Part shown: one piece after another, positions 40,750 through 51,563 of the stretch
How positions within the stretch are numbered: the stretch's first letter is position 1
Layout of the letters: each line of letters opens with the position of its first letter
Origin: Antedon mediterranea
Taxonomy: Eukaryota; Animalia; Echinodermata
Direction of reading: 5' to 3'
Assembly (NCBI RefSeq): GCF_964355755.1
Contig: NC_092673.1
Location: 26,719,648-26,783,647 of the forward strand
Length of the DNA stretch: 64,000 nt
Program-made: the position numbers and the translations under genes
The notes under the pieces: generated by a model
What the model was told of the DNA's origin: nothing
Databases searched by the model: none
Seen by the model: the letters and a program-made list of their open reading frames with translations, nothing else

Positions 40750-41365
40750 ACATACTTCATGGATAAACCCATTTTGGGCGAGTTCCTAAGAGTTTGATGT
40801 TTGATGATTTGGTACAGGAAACAACTGCTCTCTTTATTTATTGTTTTAGCATTCTACTGTGTATTTATTGTCAGTCCGAGTACGTATTTCTAACTCAGCT
40901 GAACGCCATAGGACGACGCGCCGAGTATATAGCCGAATAGGGGGAAACTGCGGACCTTTAGGGCTGCTGTCTGAGCTTATGTACAGGATAAAGTTGCTGT
41001 CATTGGTGTTTTTGTCATCCCCAATATGTACTGCTGCCATTAAAAAAAGATTCAACCTTGTATCGCTTCACATGAATAAACCCATTTGGGCGTGGCCCTA
41101 AAATGTTGCTGTTTGGCGCCCCGTACAGGATAAAGTTGCTGTCATTGGTGATGTAATCATTAGTAGCCCACTACGAATGATATCCAACAAAGTTTATCCT
41201 TGTATTGCTTCACATGAATAAATGCATTTTTACCCCCCTATGTTATGATCCCCACAGGCCCAATGTACAGGCTGTGACCCGGCAGCAATGTCGAATATTG
41301 CATCTCGCCATAATACGCACCTTACTACATCATCAAACCTTTTGTATCTTTTCACATGAATAAAT
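40750..41365. repeat. Degenerate modular repeat with exact 142-bp period
   Basis: GTACAGG at 40981/41123/41265 and CACATGAATAAA at 41069/41211/41353; a more diverged unit lies at ~40750-40830. Confidence 0.85.
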
Positions 41366-41915
41366 CTTCCGGGCGCCCGGTCTAATACCATGTAGGCCTA
41401 CCTAAATGAAGAATCAGCCAAACAGAAAATGTGATGTTCTAAATGAATGTATTATTACATACATTTTATTTTTAAAATACAAAACTGTAAATAAAAGAAA
41501 GTAAAAATATTCAATCTAATGTTGAAAAATAAGAATTTCTTTTTAATGATCCAATATATTTGAATCAAATCGTCGTAAAACTTACGTTTTTACTAATCTA
41601 TAGTGCCTACATAGTATAGTCAATACAAGATTGCCATTAATATATATATATAGACAAACAGTCTATGGTACTGGAAAAATATATATATAAATACGTACGA
41701 ATGCTTTACTGCAGCAGGCCTCATATTTACAAACAGCGGGGAAAGTACCAGATTGCAATTTGTTTCACTTTTTACTTCATTCACGTTCAATATACAATTC
41801 CATTGTAGGCCTACAATGTCTATATTAGGCCTATGTATTTTGAGGCATAATAGTATTGAAAAAACATTACTTTTTTTTTCACCAACCAGGTGTGCATTGT
41901 GTGGGCCTGTAGGAA

Positions 41916-42467
41916 ACGGCTATGTACAGTGGAACCATACAATACCTGCCCTGAAGGATGACAAATAATAAATGTTTTATTTGTCATACGTCAGGGCAGG
42001 TATACGGCTATGTACAGTGGAATCATACAATACCTGCCCTGAAGGATGACAAATAATAAATGTCTTATTTGTCATACGTCAGGGCAGGTATACGGCTATG
42101 TACAGTGGAATCATACAATACATGCCCTGAAGGATGACAAATAATAAATGTCTTATTTGTCAGACGTCAGGGCAGGTATACGGCTATGTACAGTGGAATC
42201 ATACAATACCTGCCCTGAAGGATGACAAATAATAAATATCTTATTTGTCATACGTCAGGGCAGGTATAGGCCTACGACTATGTACAGTGGAATCATACAA
42301 TACCTGTCCTGAAGGATGAAAAATAATAAATGTCTTATTTGTCATACGTCAGGGCAGGTATACGGCTATGTACAGTGGAATCATACAATACCTGCCCTGA
42401 AGGATGACAAATAATAAATGTCTTATTTGTCATACGTCAGGGCAGGTATACGGCTATGTACAGTGGA
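41916..42467 (-). repeat. Inverted array of the same 88-bp unit, ~6.3 copies (right arm)
   Basis: TGTACAGTGG at 41923, 42011, 42099, 42187, 42281, 42369 and 42457; one unit has a 6-bp AGGCCT insertion. Confidence 0.97.
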
Positions 42468-42829
42468 TTTACCGGAATCATAGTAGGCATAGATTAAGTA
42501 TTCGTTTACGTTGATTCTCCTTTTTCCTACAGCATAAACATAACCCGATTATGATATCTAATATAAATATCTTTTTCAAAAATGTTTGGTAGGCCTACAC
42601 TTTAATTCCATGTATATTAACCTATATAGCTGTGGGATGTCTGGGAAAGCGATATACATTATATTTAAGTACTGTAATACGGTATAAAATAAGCGACGTG
42701 TGAGTAAATACTGCATGGCCGGACCGCAAGTAAAATACGATACATATATGATGACGTAGTAAATATCTACACATGCGTAGAAGATCTCCTGGATTGGAGT
42801 AGGGAGATTTAGATCCTTCCAAAGAAAAT

Positions 42830-42960
42830 TAAGTGCACTTTGTTTGGTGCAATCAAACTCAGCGAAGCGTAACGAAGCAGCTATCTGCGAATTGTGGGAA
42901 TGTCTTCTCAACCGAGATTCCAGACATTCCTTCCCAGGGCGAAAAGATTTATATCAAAGT
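42830..42960 (-). promoter_or_regulatory. Candidate core promoter / 5' UTR start of the laminin gene, displaced by the foldback insertion
   Basis: Minus-strand TATAAAT at 42953-42947, two TEAD/MCAT-like motifs (GGAATG 42897, CATTCC 42925) and local CpG enrichment. Motif evidence only. Confidence 0.35.
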
Positions 42961-43959
42961 ACGACACATAATTAAGAAACTATTAATTATTATTATATAG
43001 ACAGAATTACAAATGTTAATCAGCTTATAAAATTGTAATGCGGTCAGAACAAAAACGCGATTTATATAAAATCACCTGACACTTTTATGCCTGAACGTTT
43101 TTTGCAATAATAATTTTTTTTTTTCAACATAGATAATTAATGGGTTATTGGTTTTATTGTACTTAATTACATTCTACCCTGAATTTAATTTATATATTAT
43201 GAATATTTGTAAGGAAGTCTCAAATCATCTCAACGCCTTTGACAACTCCGGGCCGCCATGGTTTTCTAGGGTTGCCGAAATCAGATAAATGAAATGATAT
43301 TAATTATGTTTCATGATGCTGTAAACTGCTTGGAATAATCAATTGCCACATTTATTCATATCTACAAAACCGTGTTCATAGTCATATATACTTTATTGTC
43401 CATTTAAAAACAGAAATGTGATTTGAAAACTGGCAAAATACAAAAATATAAAATACAATTTACAAAAACACACACAAAAAGTTAAGAGGCTAAAAATTGT
43501 TAAAATTAGATAAAATTATCGGTTACATTTTACCTTTCGCAGCATTAATTTCTTTGATGAAATAGGCCCTACTAGTAGGCTAAAACTATCAATAACGCTA
43601 CTTTTGTCACACGTCAGTGTTGTGGCAGCTTTTTAGGTGATGCATGTTTATGATCCTGCATGGTGCTTGATTCACTGATTTTCTAATACTATCCCGGTCT
43701 TCCAATTTGTCTTCTTTTTCTTTTTTTTTTTTCAGTTTCTTTCTACTTGTGCATGTGCAAATTAATATAAAATCAACAATAATCATTTTAAAATGTCATT
43801 CAGCCAATTACATATTTGTAAAGTGAGACTTGACAATTTTGTCAAAAAAATAATGTAAAATTTATGATAAAGACTTTTAAAAGTATAAAATGTATTGAGG
43901 AATAATATTTCATAAAAAAAAAAAGTTAATTTTTTTACCCCAAAATAATTTCGAAATTA

Positions 43960-44051
43960 TCTCAGTCGTTGGTGGCGCTATTTCAAATTGGTTTGTTGTG
44001 TTGAATTGTTTTCGCGTGTTTTATGTTTAGTAGAGTGTGTGGGGAGGAGTA
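43960..44051 (+). promoter_or_regulatory. Candidate DHX9 TSS and non-coding exon 1
   Basis: Inr-like TCAGTC at 43962, GGTGGCGCTA motif and donor-like GTAAGA at 44052. The ATG exon starts with an acceptor (45064-45065), so an upstream exon is needed. Confidence 0.4.
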
Positions 44052-44288
44052 GTAAGAATTGCTTGTTTATCTTTTAAAATAAATATAATAATTAACCTAT
44101 TATAATAAATAGTGTTTGTCGCTATTTCCGCCACTTATTTTCGGCACGCCTTAATTGTATCTAGCTAGCTAGAATAGAGGACAGAGAGGCTAGGCCTCCA
44201 GCCTACTCTACTCGGCCCCGCTCTAGGCCTAGCCTAGTCTAAGATTGTAATCTAGGCAGCCAGGTAGCAGAAAGATTCTGCCCACTCA

Positions 44289-44333
44289 GGGACGTTTCGA
44301 CCAGGGCCGTTTCGACCAGTGCCGTTTCGGCCT
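44289..44333 (+). repeat. Three short tandem motifs (CGTTTCGACCAG), like a DNA-transposon subterminal relic
   Basis: GGGACGTTTCGACCA GGGCCGTTTCGACCA GTGCCGTTTCGGCC, 15-bp period; no matching other end found. Confidence 0.5.
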
Positions 44334-44783
44334 ATTCAATCGTGTTTCGAAGTCCATAAATTAATGGGTAGGATGTAACATGTGTAGGCCTACTGTATAA
44401 TTATAAAGTTCAATAATTTTTATTTGTATTATAAATAATTTTACTGGATGATAAAATAAAATAAAATGCTGACGAAGAACAAGATAGACCTGGGGCCCAA
44501 AGATACATTTTGGAAACTCAATTTGTATTGTTCAAATATAGTGTGAATTACAATAGAAAACCACAGCTTCCAGAAGACTAGTTTTATTTTATTTATTTAT
44601 TTTATTTTTATTTATTTTATTTTATTCAATCAAAACCAACAGCGATAAATACCGCCACTAACAGGTTTGAAACATAAAACAATACAACATCAAAAACGGT
44701 TTTCTCACAAACAAGGCACACCTCAAAATTGAACTACATCCACCCCTGAAGTTGTATATTAATAACAATAAATTGATTCTTTA

Positions 44784-44967
44784 GGGCAACTTCGGCCTAT
44801 CCCTACACATCCCAGGCCAAATAAGGTAACTTGGGCCTATCCCTACACATCCCTGGCCAAATAAGGCAACTTGGGCCTATCCCTACACATCCCTGGCCAA
44901 ATAAGGCAACTTGGGCCTATCCCTACACATCCCAGGCCAAATATGGCAACTTGGGCATATCCCTACA
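44784..44967. repeat. Minisatellite, 40-bp unit x ~4.5
   Basis: AAGGCAACTTGGGCCTATCCCTACACATCCCTGGCCAAAT; AACTT.GG at 44788, 44828, 44868, 44908 and 44948. Confidence 0.95.
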
Positions 44968-45077
44968 GTCCGTACAAAATTTTGGTGATAAATTTTAATA
45001 AAAGTGGCAAGAAAAATATATATATTTTTTCTCTTAACGTATTAGTAAAATTGTATGTTTTTCAGGAACATTTAAAC

Positions 45078-48000
45078 ATGTCGGCTATGATGAAGAATTA
45101 CTTATACCAATGGTGCGCTAAACAGAAAGTAGTTCCCCAGTATGATGTGCGGCCCTCTGGACCAAAACATCGGCAGCGCTTTATGTGCGAGGTGAGAATT
45201 AGGGAATATCCCTTATATAGGCCAAATTTCAGTAATATAGATAACAGTGTACAGTATTTAGATACTCAATAATACAAAATTACATAATAAAACAAATCAG
45301 CCAATCAAAGATGCCAACAAACAAAAGGCATAGTTATAAACACACTCCTTAAAAAGCTGAAACATGCCATATTAATACATTGATATTGAGACAGTTTTAA
45401 CTTGATTTTGAATAATATGAGTATGTATTTGTAATGTTTTTATAGGTTCGTGTAACTGGACACAGCTACACAGGTTGCGGGAACTCTACATCCAAGAAAG
45501 ATTCACAAACGAATGCTGCCAAAGACTTCTTACAGTATCTAGTCCGTACAGGTGTTCTGCCACAATCAGAAGTTCCATCTTTACAGGTACAGATAAAGTA
45601 CTTTACCACTTTTTAGTAGCGTTTCAGAATACCATCATTTTAGTCCTATTTCACCATCACCAAGTTAGTACATTCTTATTTTAGTATCAATATGATCTTT
45701 AAATTACAATGTTGTCAAATTTATATCACAGTCTAATCATGGAGATGTAATTTAACTTATAGCTCCATGGTCTAATTATCATTATTATTACATCATTCAT
45801 TTCATTAATCTTTTATTTTGGTAAAAGTGCTCATAACATATCCATAACAAATAAATAACATAAAAAAAAAAGAAGAAACTAATATAAACATCTAAACAAC
45901 TATACCTAGTAAGTTGTCAATGTTATCATCATAGTAAAGCGTGGTTCCCATTAGCGACGCAACACAAGGACGTAACGCAACGTAAGTGAATTGACCAATC
46001 ACAAGCGATGGCTTATTCGCTTGTGATTGCTAACTGTCTATAACTTCGCTTGTCATTGGTTAAAACGCTTGCGTTGCGTTTACGTCCTTGCGTTACGTTC
46101 TAGTGGGAACCAAGCTTAAGTGGACAATCACTACTGTACCATCAGAAACATATCTATAAATTTCATCTATAAATATAAACTGTAATTGTTGCCTCAATCA
46201 TCTCAATATTATCAATTTTCTTATTATATATATATAAATTGGTATCTGTAATTTAGTTAACCGGTGGCTTGGAAGAGACAGACCTTGGAGGGCATGATAG
46301 TGGCTCTGGTCCTGCAGACCTACCAGAGGGCGCTGCTCCTGCACCCCATGTAGCACTAGCTGCAGAGATGGGTAAGTTTACCTTGTTACAACTTGGCTTT
46401 AAATGTGCAAGAAGTAAATGACGACACAAAAAATAAACTACGGAAGAGAAATTAAGCAAATGGTCGCATGTGGCCAAGGATTACCAATAGTAAATTAAAT
46501 ACACCCAAGAAACCAGCAGTATTTGAAAGCAATGTTACCCACCAAAATTAGCACTCTATCAAATCTATTTAGACAATTTTAGGCTTAACTGCAATTCAAA
46601 TTTAAATTGTGTCACTATTTTTCCTTCTGGAGTAAGAGCAGTTTTGATGGAGTAAGAGCAGTTTTCTGTTTGGGCTTATGCCTATTACTTGCTCCTGGCA
46701 AGATGAATTGTGAAATGTACTTTTATAAACTTTTTTGCCGAATAAATATTATTATTATTATTATGTAGGTATGTCCACAAGTGGAATGAAGAGCAACCTT
46801 CAGATGGGTTATGACATGGCACCCGGCCCACCTGGACCCCCTGGTGGTGGTGGTGGTGGTGGTGGTGGTGGAGGAGGTGTTCCAGGCTACCAACTTAACT
46901 TCTTTGATAGACAAGGAGAAAAAAGAAGATTAGAGGAAGTAAGAAAGGTTTTATCAGTAATGAATATGCAAAGCGATTTGCTGGTGAACATGCTTGCATA
47001 CCATTTCTAAGTGCTTGGGTTCAAATCCTGGCCCAGTCACAGTATTAGGATGGTTTTTGTCACCAAAAATAGTCCTACTTTTGTATTTATTCAACCTTAT
47101 TTATAGAGGGTGACCCTAAACAGCACTATATTTTAACTTTTCCCCTTTATTTTAGTCTGAAAGCATTGATGTGAATGCCGGTATCCATGGTAACTGGACG
47201 TTGGTGAATGCTAAATCTCGTCTTCATCAGTATCTACAAATGAATAGACTACCAGCAGATTATAAGTATAGTATGATTGGTCCTGATCACAACAGGTACT
47301 CACGCCTACAAGGTCTTATACTGCTTACTAAACAAAGGGTGCTATTATTACTACTACAGTAAACCCTTCCTTTAGTACACCCATATTTAGGATGTATGTT
47401 GTGTCCCGAATATGTCCCCATAATAGAGGTTCTACTGTAAATAGGTGGGGACCTTTTGTCCATTATTTCCTTGAAAAGGCTATTTTAATTGCTTAATATA
47501 CTCATGGAAAGGCCATCTTTATGATACGTATGACTCATAATATGGGTTGAGAATATCTCAGGTCTATAGGTCTTCTTATGAATATTCATTAAACTTAAGA
47601 TATCCTCAGAATATTAATGAATTATGCATGAGTTGAATCTGTTATTTTTACAATAATTTAAACTTTTACCAAATCCTTATACATTTTGTAAATGTTGATA
47701 GGGCATGTGCACTACTGATTTATATAATTTTTTTTATTTTACTTGTATTTTTCCCAATTATTTTTTACATCTGTATAACCTATGTTTTTACCAAGGTAAC
47801 CTTGCAAGGCAAAATTATTGTAATTGTTGAATATTTATGAGGATTATCAATAATCTCTTGAATATTCATATATCATATACACATTTGGCTGTATTACTTA
47901 TGAAATGTATTACTCATGAATATGTATGACTTATTATGAATTGTGCATATAATCAGTCATGGATATTATTATAATATTTGCTAATTATGTTCATGACTAT

Positions 48001-49368
48001 TGTGAATATTTATAGTACTTGTAGATATTTCATCAATATTCATGAGCAAAGAAATCATGAATATTCATGAGGAATCATAAATAATTAAATTGCTATTAAA
48101 TTAGACTTAGAAGTCTATAGTTTGAAACATTCTAAAGATTTCTATTGAATATGTAAAAAGAAATAAGGAAATTTGATACAGATAATGCATATATAAAGCT
48201 CTCAACGACAACGACTGTTGCTATCATGTGATCCCAGATGGCTTCATTCATTGGCTATTAGAGTCGCATAATTATTATCTGTGTCATCTTTTCTGCATTC
48301 TACTTGTTAGTTGCCAACAATGTTGCCTTGCAAGGTTACCATGGTGACTGTAGCTGTCATCGTTCCACCAATCAGGTTGGTTGTAATTAAAATGCATAAT
48401 GCTACTACTAATCAGTATATTCATTCTGTATAGATACAACTTTGATTTATTAAGTATTTTGTGGATACATGTTTATTACTGAGCCAAGCTAGATTTGAAT
48501 CAACCCCCAAATTTAGCATAATGTGCATGCAAAATTAAACTTGTGGGTTTAAGCTCTGCCTACACTATCCAACGATCTGCCCATATATTGACATGATGTC
48601 ATATCACTACCATAATTGGTCAATATCACTACCATATTTGGGCACATCATACTTTTTTGGTCAAATTAATTTGATAGTGTAGACAGAGCTTTAGGCCTAC
48701 CGATTTCACCAGTTTAATCCTCACATTTCAGGCCTAAAACCCAAGTTCTGAAATTAACAGGGGTGAGCCTATACTGGTGAACATGCATAATATTAGGGCC
48801 TAAAGAGAGCATACAATTCTACATTAAATTTATTAGAAGTGGGAATCAAATGAGACAAAAGAAAGATTATGGTTAATTAATTGTGTGTTTGTTATTTGTT
48901 TGAACATGAATTGATTGAATGTTTTTTTCACTGTTTGCTTAGGAGCTTCGTTGCCGAGTTGTCGATATTCATCAAACCACTGAGAAAAAGTAAGTCACAT
49001 TCTTCATTTCAATCCTCAAATCACATTGGCGTCCACTTCAGTTTATTGATTCTTGAACAAAAATAAATTGTTATGGATTTGTAAGGCCCAAAAGTCTGTG
49101 AAACAAGATCAAGGAAAGGAAGGAAGAAAGTGGATGTTCATGCCAGAACACAAACCAAAATATGGGGATATGCCCTCCTCACTAACTCAAGTTCAAAAAC
49201 AATTTTCAACACAAATTTTTGTCAATGTTAGCAATCCATGCACGAGAAAACGGTTCCAACAAGAAGACGGCTTCAATTGCTTGTGCTTTATCGTTAGTAA
49301 GACAGCTGTATCATCTTAAACAGATTGAGGGCTATACCGGTGAAAAGAAACCCAAGAAGGCGGAAACG
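45078..49368 (+). CDS. DHX9: ATP-dependent RNA helicase A (DHX9/maleless), N-terminal two dsRBDs; partial (288 aa), helicase core not in window
   Basis: Exons 45078-45191, 45446-45586, 46257-46371, 46769-46938, 47156-47295, 48943-48989 and 49232-49368 (GT-AG, phases consistent). KNYLYQWC...[33 protein letters not shown] is dsRBD1; [51 protein letters not shown] is dsRBD2. Both match DHX9 signatures. Confidence 0.95.
45938..46116. mobile_element. Harbinger/Tourist-like MITE, intact
   Basis: TIR AGCGTGGTTCCCATTAG / CTAGTGGGAACCAAGCT, TAA on both flanks, almost wholly palindromic. Confidence 0.88.
47357..47437. mobile_element. Tiny Tc1/mariner-type MITE
   Basis: TA|CAGTAAACCC ... GGTTCTACTG|TA; related to 49376-50046. 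Confidence 0.65.
48552..48690. mobile_element. Harbinger/Tourist-like MITE, intact
   Basis: TIR AGCTCTGCCTACACTATC / GATAGTGTAGACAGAGCT with TTA on both flanks. Confidence 0.85.
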
Positions 49369-49375
49369 GTAAGTA

Positions 49376-50046
49376 CAGTAAAACCCTATTAATAGGACAC
49401 CTTTGGGACCAAAGTGTAATAAGGGTGTAGCCTAAATAGGAGTTGGCCATATCATGACCCAACAAGTGTAATAGAGGCCCTGTGGGGTTACTTTTAAATA
49501 TTTCCATATGGTGAGGTGTCGCATTTACGGGTAGTACAAGTGTGGGAAAATATGGAGAGTTGGTAGCACAAGTGTGGGAAATGACAGGGTGAAATTAGTA
49601 GTTTAAGTCCCTGGCCCGCCCACCCGTGTCAAAATGTAGAAGGGTACCCTGGATAGGGGTTGGCCATATCAGGACCAAACAAAGTGTAATAGAGGTGTAG
49701 CCTAAATAGGAGTTGGCCATATCAGGACCCAACAAAGTGTAATAGAGGTGTAGCCCGAATAGGAGTAGGCCATAATGTTAAAACATATTTCCGCAGATTC
49801 AAGAAAAAGTGAAAGAAAGTGTCCACTTGATAGAGGTACCCTAGATAGGGTTGGCCATATCAGAACCCAACAAAGTGTAATAGAGATGTAACCTAAATAG
49901 GGGTTGTTCATATCAGGACCCAGCAATGTGTAATAGAGGGGTACCCTGGTTAGGGGTTGGCTATGTTGTTAAAACATATTTCTCCTGATTCTCTCCCAAG
50001 TAAAAGTGTCCCCTTAATAGGAGTATCCCAAAGGCTGGTTCTACTG
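49376..50046. mobile_element. Tc1/mariner(pogo)-type MITE with internal ~60-bp repeats
   Basis: TA|CAGTAAAACC ... GGTTCTACTG|TA, with internal AAAGTGTAATAGAGG..AATAGGAGTTGGCCATATCAGGACCCAAC repeated about six times. Confidence 0.75.
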
Positions 50047-50131
50047 TATATAAATTGAATTGCCCTTACCCTACAGTGACCAGGATGTTAAACATTGTTG
50101 CCATCAAGCACATATTTATTTTCCCATAATG

Positions 50132-51563
50132 CAGAGGTCCCAACTTGGGAAAGTCCATTCGCAGGAGATTTTGTCGTGAACCACATTCAATTCGTCGGGG
50201 CGTCGAAAGTCAACGCGCGGGGAATCGAAAATCAACACGCGTGTCGTTTACGTCTCCTAATTAACTAAATATGTTACATATACAGTATATACAATATTTA
50301 CACATAAGTTGGTTAAATTTTTACATAGGTTTATCCATCATTATTTTTACATTCTTATTTTTTTTATGGACACATCCTCAGTACAAAGAATTAAAAAAAT
50401 ATATACTGTATTTTAACTAAAATTCAGTAACTTAATTACATAATGTACAATATTTACACATGATAGTATTGCCAAATAGAATTTACTCATTTTTTTTAGG
50501 CACAGGCCTAGCATAGGGCTTCTACTAGGCCCTACCTAGCTAGCTAGTACCATTTTAAAACCCAAAAACAATCGAAATAAACTATTCCGAATCCGTCTTA
50601 TGCTACATTACGCGAGTTAACATATTATTTCAGATGAAAAACATTGAGTTTTATATTGTTTTATCCATACGTAATTACACTGGCATTAAAAATATAACAT
50701 TAAAATGTAGGCCGTTTATGAGCTATTTCGCCGATTTCTTATCGCTGGGAAATTCCCCACCATCGACATCGATCGATCGAGGAGTAGGCCTAGGCTAGAA
50801 TAGAATAGAGGCCTAGCGTGCATGCCGGAACGGGTGGATTATTGCAATATAAATAACAAGTTTGAACAAAAGAGCTTACGACAATCTTAGGTAAATTTTT
50901 ATTAAACGTAGGCCTACTTGCTTGGCGAATCCATATGCCTTTTAAATCATTTTAACATGTTCGTATTATCGGATCGTACAGTAAAACCAAATAAAACACC
51001 GCCTCAACAACCTCGTGCGATGTGCGATCTGTTGTTCTTTGCAGCGGATCAACATTGGTAGAGTCCATTAATTATGAGGGTGTTTCAAAATGTAGTAACT
51101 ATTAAAAACGTGTCTCAACCACTGTGTAATCAAAGCGTTTATTTAGTTAAAACTTGAATCTTCCCAAAATTGATAATCGCGTATTCCGGTTACCACGTGA
51201 TTGATTCACGGTTGGTTGCACGCTTCTTGTTTTTTCTACGTCCGGCGTGTAGTACCGTGCATGTTTATATTATTGTTACGGTTTAACAAAGGCAGTGCAT
51301 ACAAATAAAAATACAATAATAGACCACGGAGACTGCATGAATAGACATTGTTTCAACATCCTGCCTCACTTTTGTATTGACTATTGTTGACCTGGGCTGA
51401 GCCTGGGTGTAACCGTAAATAAATTTGGCCAAAAATATGGGGAAATTTGAAAATGCGGTAAAAAAATCAAAATGCGGTAGAAAACGTCGAGATAGCGGTA
51501 GCGCGGTAGATGGGTACTAAAAGCGGTAGACTACCGCGAGTAGCGGTAGACTTGGGACCCCTG
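50132..51563. mobile_element. Non-autonomous hAT-like (or P-like) transposon with 7-bp TSD
   Basis: TIR CAGAGGTCCCAA / TTGGGACCCCTG, CATAATG on both flanks (50125-50131, 51564-51570), and a cluster of GCGGTA(G) subterminal repeats at 51455-51550. Confidence 0.85.

Larger units (their letters stand above)
38308..42820. mobile_element. Foldback / Mutator(MULE)-like non-autonomous element, 4513 bp
   Basis: Perfect 9-bp TSD AAAGAAAAT (38299-38307 and 42821-42829), GG...CC termini, ~210-bp imperfect TIRs (first 35 nt identical, 57/58 match), 88-bp arrays in opposite orientation in the two arms, no transposase ORF. Confidence 0.93.

Noticed and set aside
38533-42467. CRISPR array (regular palindromic repeats)
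   Set aside because: The 26-nt loops are near-identical rather than unique spacers, there are no cas genes, the context is eukaryotic with spliceosomal introns, and the arrays lie inside TIRs with a TSD.
42576-42911. ORFs across the right TIR as a transposase
   Set aside because: Short, no DDE or zinc-finger motifs, and one crosses the element boundary.
44871-45077. N-terminal repeat extension of DHX9 suggested by the ORF track
   Set aside because: It derives from a 40-bp minisatellite upstream of the acceptor at 45064-45065; homology starts at ATG 45078.
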